Shown here one piece after another: positions 12,901-24,315 of a stretch of 64,000 bases of DNA. Every line of letters starts with the position of its first letter. Positions within the stretch are counted from its first letter, which is position 1. The notes under the pieces were generated by a model. That model searched no databases and was not told the origin of the DNA. It saw nothing but the letters and a program-made list of their open reading frames with translations. The translations under genes and the position numbers were made by a program. The DNA comes from Laetmonice hystrix (lineage: Eukaryota). The DNA is taken from positions 49,602,001 to 49,666,000 of the forward strand of contig OZ249436.1 in assembly GCA_965235115.1 (NCBI GenBank), read 5' to 3'.

Positions 12901-13517
12901 AGAAAGGCGTTTTCACTTGAGCGTTTGGGTTAGAATCTAGTCGGTATAGGACACTCTATGGTTCTGGTTATTGTTTAAGTCCCCACTCCCTTCTTTTCTT
13001 TGAGAAGGAGCATTGAGAGAGTCGTAAAGCTACATTCACTCTCCAGGTTTCAATGACAATGTAAAAGCAGGTAGAAAACCACCCCTATTCATGAAATCCT
13101 ATCCTGTGTGGTTCGAGTGTGAATAGTGAAGAAATCTAATCTATCCATACTGTGAGTACAGATCTCCTTCTAAATGTCACCTTCACAAAGTGTGAGAACC
13201 TCAAGCTTCTCATTCTGTGCATACGTTCCTGCTGAGAACAAGCTGTATCACAACCATTTGTGATTCGAACAAAGCAGAAATGTAGACTTAGAAACAGTCA
13301 GAAAACAACGATAAAGAAATAGCAAAGTTAATTCTAGATTTTTTTGCAGAAAGGGATCTCTATCAACCAATACGTCGAGGAGTGCATGTACTTGATACTG
13401 ATACAATCTTGATACTTATAGCAGTTATATGTGACTACTACAGAGGGAATAGACAGGCCACCAAAGACATTCGTAGTCTGAGACATTTCTTAAACTCTTG
13501 TATGGCAGAGTTAGTTT

Positions 13518-13790
13518 CTACGATAACCGCCATAAAATATCAAACCGTCGAACCTTAACTTCGACTTCGAAATTCGACTCTACCCTTTGATTTAAATAAT
13601 CAAGATTCAACATTTGTAGTCCACCGTAATTCAAAGTGCTGTAGACACTGTTGGAATGATAGGATAATCTAATGAATGAATATTGATTGCGTGAGTTCTG
13701 TAATAAAACGCTGTGATTCCAGGACTGTGTGAAGTGTAAGCCTACACCTGGTAACAAAATAGAAGTAGAGAACATGATGCAAATAAGAAT
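13518..13790 (-). mobile_element. Possible decayed L1/Tx1-clade LINE ORF2 fragment (post-RT region)
   Basis: The minus-strand translation contains VYSTLNYGGLQMLNLDYLN...K....WRL. This resembles the conserved GGL-x-h-x-[DN]-h-xxx-N motif downstream of the RT domain in L1/Tx1 ORF2. It is a single motif only. Confidence 0.45.
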
Positions 13791-14114
13791 GGAAAGTGGC
13801 CTTGCATCTTAATTAGTATTCATTGTGCTCAATTACATTAGAAATATCTGCAAACTATGTCCTGATGAAGTGTGCACATAGTTAATTACTGTGAAATTAG
13901 AAGACGTCTCGGCATTTTCACTCACAGTACCGGGGCAGCCAACATCAGACTTCTCCATCATGTTTACTGTAGCCTTGTCTTTACTCTTTCTGCTAACATT
14001 GCTATCGCTAAAACCATCTATTCGGTTGTTTAGTTGGCCACGGCCACACAACTATCCATATAAATTTATTGCCGTAAATATAATGTAAGTATGGAAGTGG
14101 CGGGATTTTGTTAA

Positions 14115-14642
14115 AGGGGCATATTATGAAGGAACGTGAAAAATCGGTATTTCAAAGAACTTTTGCTATTTTCATAAAGATATCCTTCATTAAAATTGCT
14201 TGGTAAACAAAGACAAACTTATCAGTTTCATTTTGCATGAGAAATCGAAGTTTATGACAGTCCCCTGCCCGCTTCTCTGCCGATTTCGTATAATATTCTT
14301 TGGGTGGCATTCTGATGCCGGACGATCGAGTGCAACTGCTGAATTGTTTACAACTAAGCGAAGCACGTGACTAAGCACATGCAGAGAGTGCACACGCAAG
14401 ATGTGACGCAGTACGCGATTACACGGGTTGATGGGAGGTTGTCTACCAAATTATGGCGGTAGATGTGCTATCGGGAGAAATCTATAGGTTTGGTCGTATA
14501 GAACATACTTGTGCTGCATACGCAGCGAAAACACGTCAGAGGACAAAATGCTGTGGTAGGATTATTTACTTAGATCCCTAGTACACGGTCATGTTGAATA
14601 ATTGCCAGAAATCCTCCAAAACGTGTTTCATAGCATGCTCCT
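14115..14642. mobile_element. Non-autonomous TTAA-targeting DNA transposon (Kolobok-like MITE), family A copy 1, 528 bp
   Basis: TTAA at 14111-14114 and 14643-14646. Imperfect TIRs AGGGGCATATTATGAA / TTCATAGCATGCTCCT. A full-length second copy lies at 41312-41839. Confidence 0.9.
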
Positions 14643-15215
14643 TTAAAGGCTGGTTGCCACTTTACAATTTAAATGCGGGGCCCAGACTGACCATTGCACG
14701 CCCGTCAGCCTGGCTATTACCATCAGAGATTGCTGCACCGTCACCATAATCAAAATGGAAATGGCCTCGGTGACACATGTTTATCTGACAATTAGGGTTA
14801 AATCCTTGAGAAAATTACAATTACCCAGTAGTGATATATAGAGGTGCTGTGTAGACCTGGTAGAGCGGGTGTTTGAAGAGACTGTGGCAATAAGGGAGAA
14901 GTCAAAGATCAAACGGTTGACAGCTGCTGTCCGGCACTGGCAAGGTAATGCGGCCGGTGGCATATAGAAATCTGACCCCATATCTCTATAGGAGAATGAC
15001 ACTAGGCTATTATTCCAGGCCGCAGAAATGCTCCTCTCTGACATTATTGCGACGATCAAGTTAGGCCTTTTTTCATGCTATGATAATGTGGTTCTACTTT
15101 CCTATTGTCATTGTTCTTGTAAGAGGGTTGTCGCTTTTCTATGTCATAGGGAAAGTATAGGGGTCCATCTTGTATCTATCACCGGCATGTGAATACGTCT
15201 GGGAGGGCAGGTTTG

Positions 15216-15378
15216 ATGATGCCATGGCATCCTGTAGAACGCCCGCTTATGGTGAGTTTATTGTTGCCATGGCATTCCGTGGAACGCCCGCTTATGGTGG
15301 GGTTAATGTTGTCATAGCATTCTGTAGAATGTCCAGTGTATGGGCGTAGTGTTGTCATGGATTTATATGGAACGCCCA
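15216..15378. repeat. Degenerate ~45-bp tandem repeat (~4 copies)
   Basis: GCCATGGCAT(C/T)C(T/C)GT(A/G)GAACGCCCGCTTATGGT at 15221 and 15266, with decayed copies following. Confidence 0.75.
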
Positions 15379-17038
15379 GCTTTAGTGCCTATCTCCTTGG
15401 ATTGTGGTCATAAACAAAATGTAGTCAGCAAGAAGGTGCTTGATCTTGATGTAAAGGGATATTAATTTTGCACCGTTTGGACATTTACGATGACCTTTCA
15501 CTGCATAAGACGTCTTGTGATAATGTAATAGAGCTAGGCCTAATCATAGTTAGTTCATGATTATTAAAACGATATTTTGGTGGACAAAGTATTATTTAGA
15601 ACAGGATACATTAATACTTTATAGTCGTTAGCAGGTAATACCACACAGGTCCCGTGTCGATTCCAGCCCCAATGGTAATGTTCGACCGAAACCACACGTT
15701 TAGGACGGAGTCAAGCCTCAAGGGCATTTTCATTCAGATCTCCTTGAATATCAGTGCCTGTATTGACAGGACCCCAAGCTCAAGTACAGCGTCTAGGACA
15801 GAATGTGAAGTTTCTGTGTTAGCAAGATACTTGTCAGATAATGAAGCTATACGTAGGTAGTTGTTCGTGGGTCCTGAGTACCTTAAAGTTCAGGGGTTTC
15901 AAAGTCGTACATGAATACACACGACGTGTTGACGTGTAATGATCTGCACACGTTATCAGACGTAAAGGTAGGTCACATTGCGTTACTGGGTTAATAATAT
16001 CCTTGTCATGAGTCTAAAAGGCGACACCGAATGCATCAGCCTAGTCACCAAGTAGGTTGAGGTTGTCTGATATGACAACATCAGAGAGTATATCTTACAT
16101 GGAGGCTACCTTGGAAGATTGAATATGGCACGTCTTTTGTATCCCAGGCATGCCGTATCCCCCCCCCCCCCCCCCCCACACACCCACAAATGGAGGGAAT
16201 AAATATGACAACATGCCGTATCCACCCCATACACACACACAGGGGGAAATAAATGAATGAAAAACATTATTTTCGCCCCGATGATGATCACCACTTGCTG
16301 GGAGGAATCCCCGACTAGTGTGATGGTCAGTGCGGTAGGTGGGAGTGTACTTCAGGGCCACCGTACTACCAGTACACCGCTCAGCGCAGTCTGACTGGCA
16401 CCAGGCTCGAACTGTTCTAGACAGTGAATGGACAACATTGGCATTCAAGTAGTACGTCCAGTCAGCCTGGATGGTTCGATTCCCATGTGTACGAGCTCAG
16501 AGGTCAATGGTGGGAGAGAGGCAGAAAGACCATGTGTCCAGTCCAGCAGTGAAGAGAACGGTCAACCACTGACCAGCACTGAATGGGAGCCTTTTGTTTC
16601 CAGTCGCTGTATGGTGCAGCAGGTAATTGGCAGATACATGTATTGTTTACGATCCAGCTACTGTATGGGGAGGTTGATATTGTCTTTTATTTGTTAATAA
16701 TGGAATACTGCAGCACGTAAATGGAACACATTGATTATTTGGGGGGGGGGGGAACTATCGTAAGATTCTTTTCACCATCGCACTTTTAATGGGACGATTT
16801 CTAAATAATTGTCCTAACATCTTGCTAAATGAATTGTCCTACTCTTGCTAAATGAAAAGTTGATTTTGACAAACAACCTTGCCCAGGTATTATTTGTAAA
16901 TACTGTAATTGTTAAAATGCCGCCAAGTGAATAAATAAATCTTTCAGTTGTTTCTTCATAGAGATCCACACTGCACAAATGAGATAGAAATACATGTCGT
17001 AGAGCTGTACCTGTACTGAACTAGATATCGGCGTTACC

Positions 17039-20000
17039 CCCTTTATTATCACACGAAGGTTGTAGGATCCCTTTATTATCACACGAAGGTTGTAGGTAGG
17101 ATCCCTTTATTATCACACGAAGGTTGTAGGTAGGATCCCTTTATTATCACACGAAGGTTGTAGGATCCCTTTATTATCACACGAAGGTTGTAGGTAGGAT
17201 CCCTTTATTATCACACCAAGGTTGTAGGTAGGATCCCTTTATTATCACACGAAGGTTGTAGGTAGGATCCCTTTATTATCACACGGAGGTTGTAGGTAGG
17301 ATCCCTTTATTATCACACGGAGGTTGTAGGTAGGAACCCTTTATTATTACACGAAGGTTGTAGGATCCCTTTATTATCACACGAAGGTTGTAGGTAGGAT
17401 CCCTTTATTATCACACGAAGGTTGTAGGTAGGATCCCTTTATTATCACACGAAGGTTGTAGGTAGGATCCCTTTATTATCACACGAAGGTTGTAGGTAGG
17501 ATCCCTTTATTATCACACGAAGGTTGTAGGTAGAATCCCTTTATTATCACACGGAGGTTGTAGGATCCCTTTATTATCACACGAAGGTTGTAGGTAGGAT
17601 CCCTTTATTATTACAGGAAGGTTGTAGGTAGGATCCCTTTATTATCACACGAAGGTTGTAGGTAGGATCCCTTTATTATCACACGAAGGTTGTAGGTAGG
17701 ATCCCTTTATTATCACACGAAGGTTGTAGGTAGGATCCCTTTATTATCACACGAAGGTTGTAGGTAGGATCCCTTTATTATCACACGAAGGTTGTAGGAT
17801 CCCTTTATTATCACACGAAGGTTGTAGGTAGGATCCCTTTATTATCACACGAAGGTTGTAGGTAGGATCCCTTTATTATCACACGAAGGTTGTAGGTAGG
17901 ATCCCTTCATTATCACACGGAGGTTGTAGGATCCCTTTATTATCACACGAAGGTTGTAGGTAGGATCCCTTTATTATCACACGAAGGTTGTAGGTAGGAT
18001 CCCTTTATTATCACACGAAGGTTGTAGGTAGGATCCCTTTATTATCACACGAAGGTTGTAGGATCCCTTTATTATCACACGAAGGTTGTAGGTAGGATCC
18101 CTTTATTATCACACGAAGGTTGTAGGTAGGATCCCTTTATTATCACACGAAGGTTGTAGGTAGGATCCCTTTATTATCACACGAAGGTTGTAGGATCCCT
18201 TTATTATCACACGGAGGTTGTAGGATCCCTTTATTATCACACGGAGGTTGTAGGTAGGATCCCTTTATTATCACACGGAGGTTGTAGGATCCCTTTATTA
18301 TCACACGAAGGTTGTAGGTAGGATCCCTTTATTATCACACGGAGGTTGTAGGTAGGATCCCTTTATTATCACACGAAGGTTGTGGGTAGGATCCCTTTAT
18401 TATCACACGAAGGTTGTAGGTAGGATCCCTTTATTATCACACCAAGGTTGTAGGTAGGATCCCTTTATTATCACACGAAGGTTGTAGGTAGGATCCCTTT
18501 ATTATCACACGGAGGTTGTAGGATCCCTTTATTATCACACGAAGGTTGTAGGTAGGATCCCTTTATTATCACACGAAGGTTGTAGGATCCCTTTATTATC
18601 ACACGGAGGTTGTAGGATCCCTTTATTATCACACGGAGGTTGTAGGATCCCTTTATTATCACACGAAGGTTGTAGGTAGGATCCCTTTATTATCACACGA
18701 AGGTTGTAGGATCCCTTTATTATCACACGGAGGTTGTGGGTAGGATCCCTTTATTATCACACGAAGGTTGTAGGTAGGATCCCTTTATTATCACACCAAG
18801 GTTGTAGGTAGGATCCCTTTATTATCACACGAAGGTTGTAGGATCCCTTTATTATCACACGAAGGTTGTAGGATCCCTTTATTATCACACGGAGGTTGTA
18901 GGATCCCTTTATTATCACACGAAGGTTGTAGGTAGGATCCCTTTATTATCACACGAAGGTTGTAGGATCCTTTATTATCACACGGAGGTTGTGGGTAGGA
19001 TCCCTTTATTATCACACGAAGGTTGTAGGTAGGATCCCTTTATTATCACACGAAGGTTGTAGGTAGGATCCCTTTATTATCACACGGAGGTTGTAGGTAG
19101 GATCCCTTTATTATCACACCAAGGTTGTAGGTAGGATCCCTTTATTATCACACCAAGGTTGTAGGTAGGATCCCTTTATTATCACAGGAAGGTTGTAGGT
19201 AGGATCCTTTTATTATCACACGGAGGTTGTAGGTAGGATCCCTTTATTATCACACGAAGGTTGTAGGTAGGATCCCTTTATTATCACACGAAGGTTGTAG
19301 CTAGGATCCCTTTATTATCACACGAAGGTTGTAGGTAGGATCCCTTTATTATCACACGAAGGTTGTAGGTAGGATCCCTTTATTATCACACGAAGGTTGT
19401 AGGTAGGATCCCTTTATTATCACACGGAGGTTGTAGGTAGGATCCCTTTATTATCACACGGAGGTTGTAGGTAGGATCCCTTTATTATCACACGGAGGTT
19501 GTAGGTAGGATCCCTTTATTATCACACGAAGGTTGTAGGTAGGATCCCTTTATTATCACACGGATGTTGTAGGTAGGATCCCTTTATTATCACACGAAGG
19601 TTGTAGGTAGGATCCCTTTATTATCACACGAAGGTTGTAGGATCCCTTTATTATCACACGGAGGTTGTAGGTAGGATCCCTTTATTATCACACGAAGGTT
19701 GTAGGTAGGATCCCTTTATTATCACACGGATGTTGTAGGTAGGATCCCTTTATTATCACACGGATGTTGTAGGTAGGATCCCTTTATTATCACACGAAGG
19801 TTGTAGCTAGGATCCCTTTATTATCACACGAAGGTTGTAGGTAGGATCCCTTTATTATCACACGAAGGTTGTAGGATCCCTTTATTATCACACGAAGGTT
19901 GTAGCTAGGATCCCTTTATTATCACACGGAGGTTGTAGGTAGGATCCCTTTATTATCACACGAAGGTTGTAGGATCCCTTTATTATCACACGAAGGTTGT

Positions 20001-20311
20001 AGGTAGGATCCCTTTATTATCACACGAAGGTTGTAGGTAGGATCCCTTTATTATCACACGAAGGTTGTAGGTAGGATCCCTTTATTATCACACGGAGGTT
20101 GTAGGTAGGATCCCTTTATTATCACACGAAGGTTGTAGGTAGGATCCCTTTATTATCACACGAAGGTTGTAGGTAGGATCCCTTTATTATCACACGAAGG
20201 TTGTAGCTAGGATCCCTTTATTATCACACGAAGGTTGTAGGTAGGATCCCTTTATTATCACACGAAGGTTGTAGGATCCCTTTATTATCACACGAAGGTT
20301 GTAGCTAGGAT
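17039..20311. repeat. 30/34-bp minisatellite, ~100 copies
   Basis: Unit CCCTTTATTATCACACGAAGGTTGTAG(GTAG)GAT. Nearly every unit carries a BamHI site. Confidence 0.98.
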
Positions 20312-21295
20312 GGTAAGAGGTCAAGCCAAGGTTGCACATGTTAAATTAGATTGGGTGGCTGCGGGTCAGCACCCCCTCTTTCACCCTACTACTCACACTG
20401 TTGGGGCGGAGAGTACGGGAGGAATGCGGCGGAAGCCAACCTTGGATGTACCATACAGTGTAGGCTACACATGTCCGAGTGCAGCCAGTCTGCTCTGAGG
20501 GACCGGCAGTGTATGACATAAAACAGAGAAGATATAGCTCTATGGAAGCTAACAAAGAGAGATGACACTGGGTTCGGAGTATAGAATCGCTAGGACACGC
20601 GGAGTTCGGGGTTATTATTATAGGTTAAACATGGTGGAGAATTAAATGACTGTCTCGGCAGTTTACGTACACAAGGACAGCCAATCGGATTGTCGAACCA
20701 GGCTGTGATTACGGCCTCAATCAATGACTGTGTCAATATTGCAAACACCATAAGACAATAGAACCAGTATTAACTGACCTATTTCTAGGACAGCTATTGT
20801 TTTAATATTGTTTACATGTTGATCACCGTATTGCCATGGATACATATCGTGATTGGAGGAGAGGTCCTACAGCGAGGATTTTTGTGAAAGACCAAATCGC
20901 CTGCAAAAGGTAGGTATGGTTTTCCCGACATCGGTGACATGAGTTTGGCCTAGTGAACCACCCCAAGGCTGAATGGAAAGGAAGGGGGGGGGGGGTTACA
21001 TTGATCATTGGTCTTCCCCTTCATATTTGTATTCGTGTATATGACTGGAAACGGAACTTTTTATATAGCGTCAATTGGGGTCGATATACAAACATGCATG
21101 CATACATTCATGTATGCATTATAGAGACATGTTCATCATCAAACAACGTTTCCGTCTTAAACCTCGGCTTCCTTTGAAATTTGATCTATGAGTGTTTTAA
21201 TATTTTTTGAAGATCCATCATCTTTCATCGTGTTCGATAATGCTTGTCAATGTTTATTCACCTGTCGCTAGATACAATAACATTTAAATTATCAC

Positions 21296-21911
21296 CAGTA
21301 TTGGTCCGGGGGATGGTGGCATGTCAGTGAAACACAGCATTGGTCCGGGGGATGGTGGCATGTCAGAGAAACACGGCATTGGTCCGGGGATGGTGGCATG
21401 TCAGTGAAACACAGCATTGGTCCGGGGGTGGTGGCATGTCAGAGAAACACAGCATTGGTCCGGGGATGGTGGCATGTCAGTGAAACACAGCATTGGTCCG
21501 GGGATGGTGGCGTGTCAGTGAAACACAGCATTGGTCCGGGGGATGGTGGCATGTCAGTGAAACACAGCATTGGTCCGTGGATGGTGGCGTGTCAGAGAAA
21601 CACAGAATTGGTCCGGGGGATGGTGGCGTGTCAGTGAAACACAGCATTGGTCCGGGGGATGGTGGCGTGTCAGTGAAACACAGCATTGGTTCGGGGGATG
21701 GTGGCATGTCAGTGAAACACAGCATTGGTCCGGGGGATGGTGGCATGTCAATGAAACCATAGAACTGTACTTCCCAGTACAGTTCTATGATGAAACACAG
21801 CATTGGTCCGGGGATGGTGGCGTGTCAGTGAAACACAGCATTGGTCCGGAGGATGGTGGCATGTCAGAGAAACACAGTATTGGTCCGGGGATGGTGGCGT
21901 GTCAGTGAAAC
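21296..21911. repeat. 38/39-bp minisatellite, ~15 copies, interrupted once
   Basis: Unit CATTGGTCCGGGG(G)ATGGTGGCATGTCAGTGAAACACAG. Confidence 0.96.
21758..21789. mobile_element. 32-bp hairpin micro-insertion with CATAG...CTATG ends and 7-bp TSD (P-superfamily-like ends)
   Basis: CATAGAACTGTACT-TCCC-AGTACAGTTCTATG forms a perfect 14-bp stem. It is flanked by ATGAAAC at 21751-21757 and 21790-21796. Neighbouring repeat units show the empty site. Confidence 0.8.
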
Positions 21912-23342
21912 GTAGCCGTATTTAATCATAATGGAAATTGCATCGATTTTGTCATGTACGTTTCGATTGTCGTCATCTTTCAGTACCGGTGCGTTATATG
22001 ACCTGCCATAAGTAGTTTATCCATTAATGGTGTTATTGGATATACGCAGATATGATGTCGACGTGGCGATCAGGGTCTGACTGTGGCATCATGTGGCATC
22101 CTTACCTGTGCTAGCAAGGCCACGGATTTATTCCGGTTCGATCTGCCGGTTTCTGGATGACTTGAACACCTCGACATCTGACCCAGTCAAGGCGTGAACA
22201 TGGTTGCCGTTTCACAATGCTCGCACGGTGGCACCCGAACTCCCCAGTGCCTAGATTGGTTAGACATGGTGTCCCAAACGCCCTGATCCACTCGGGCGAT
22301 TTTTCTGGCGATTTTATTGCGAATATATAAAGGATGGGGCCAATTTTCAGAATCAAGGATGGATAACAGGCAAATATTGGCGACTAGGGTACCACGCGTA
22401 ATCTGGTAATCGCGGGGAGCTTGCTGGAGACGGTCGGTGGGCTGGATGAAGGCCTCTGGTACAGCGTAAGGAGGTCAGTGCCATGGGAAGCAGAAAGAGG
22501 GCGGGTTTTCTCCGTACCGTCTCGACCGAGCCAGGCCACTTGTTTAGAAGGCGTCCTTCTAGTATTGATCTGTCGGTTTTATACGGCAGTTTCGATCACT
22601 GCATTGTAGTAGTACACCCATCATGTGCTGGCCAAGCCGCCACGACACCCGAGGGGTCGCACCGCCTCGCAGAGTGAATAACCCGACAGAACAAACGTGA
22701 AAAATCGTCCTGAATACTTTATTTGAATAAATCGATATAGGCAGACACGGTTGGTTTTATGTCGGAGACCCCAGATACTGTATAAAAACAATGAATAGGG
22801 TGGTTACTGAGTCATGTATAATAAACAGATCATCTTTTGATTGATGGCTTAAAATATCATTGAAATTTACAAGTTGAAAAGTCTCAGTATTTCTATAAAC
22901 AATCTCCATCTTATGTCAAGTGTCAAGAATTCCCGAAGCACTCTATCGTAAATTGGATTATATTTTATTATCTCATTTGTCATAAAAATATATTCGTTTT
23001 CCTCATTAAGTCTGAAATTGTCTTTTCACCCGGGTTTAAGCATTTGTTTATTTTACTGACAGGCCACATATGAAATTGAAAATACTAATGTCACAGGAGG
23101 AAATGCTCAAAAGGACAAAACAAAAACACCCTGGTTATCGCTGGAAGAAAACAATAACCAGGACAAGAACGTTGTTTTCTTTCTGTCGGCTCAACTGTAA
23201 GGCTGTAAAATCCGTCGGAAATTGAGATTGTGGAATGATGCGAAATTATTTTAATATTTTGTTCAGCTCGAGAAGGTCTTAGAGCGGCTTGATCTGTGTA
23301 GGTTAAACAGTCAATGTCTTATGGATCGTATAATAAATAAGT

Positions 23343-23409
23343 CGCCAAAATTACCATTGAAATTCAATGGCAGTTTTAGCGAGACGGTAATTTATGCAAC
23401 GGCCCCCTG
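23343..23409. mobile_element. Truncated palindromic MITE end
   Basis: Internal imperfect hairpin CGCCAAAATTACCATTGAA/TTCAATGGCAGTTTTAGCG, followed by a ...TTTATGCAACGGCCCCCTG terminus. No matching other end was found. Confidence 0.4.
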
Positions 23410-24142
23410 CAGGGTCTGTGACGGTTAAACAACCCAGGTCTGACGGGTCGTGGGCCAAGACTGCTGGATGATGTTTGCCATCTATGACGTATAATAGGTC
23501 CTAATATTCGTATTTTCCTGGTCACAAAGGTGGCCCAGTTCTCGACTCCAGCAGAATGTCAGCTTTTCCTATTAGATTGTTTTGGTGTAAACAAGAGGTA
23601 ATGGAAGGACTATGCAGGTTTCTGGTAGCTTGTCACTGAAATGATGGTTGGGTCAATATCCCTGCCAGGGTACGGACCTGACCGTACCCTTCAGGTCTCC
23701 TAGAGCCTCTTGATTGTCACAATTAAACTGCCGCAGATTGGTGACAACTATCTCGACGTGATCAGGGGGTATTCCATATTCATGGATTATTCAAAAGGCT
23801 TTCTCAGCTGCCCTAGAAAGTTTTCCATACAAACTGGAATATTTACATGGAACTGGGATGTATAATGTAATGATTTAGGATTGATGATATAATGAACTAG
23901 GATGCCTGATAGTATCTAGATCAGCATTTATAACCAATGCATATTTTTCAATGCATCCTTAAACATGTATAGGTCATCTTCCGAACCTCGTCCGCCACCA
24001 TTTGGGCGCAGTTGATTTCATAGTAAAACGTTTAATCTCGTAATTGCAGAGAATTCGTTGGAGACTGTCTCATTTCCTGTCACATTTATTCAACATTATA
24101 CCCTAACACATGTGTACATTGTTCCTACCCAACAGACCAGTG

Positions 24143-24315
24143 CAGGCCCATAATTTTCATTAAATTATTGAGGGGGCTTGATAATTTCCACTGAATTATT
24201 GAGGGGGCTCGACGAACAGAGCCAAGATTCTCCCTGGTAAAGTATGATAATTATTAGGCAACACTGAAAATATTGGGGGCCCATAAGCCCCCTAGCCCCC
24301 CCCCGTACGGCCCTG
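24143..24315. mobile_element. CAGG-ended MITE, family D copy 1, with 5-bp flanking duplication CAGTG
   Basis: Ends CAGGCCCATA / TACGGCCCTG. CAGTG at 24138-24142 and 24316-24320. It shares GAATTATTGAGGGGGCTCGACGAACAGA with 46322-46448. Confidence 0.75.

Noticed and set aside
16421..16622. Candidate exon with AG acceptor and CAG|GTAATT donor
   Set aside because: All three frames contain stops from the acceptor, and the ATG-started peptide has no recognisable features.
22111..22356. Tc1/mariner-like PEKSPE...VWD motif on the minus strand
   Set aside because: The motif is partial and needs a frameshift. No DDE context or TIRs were found.
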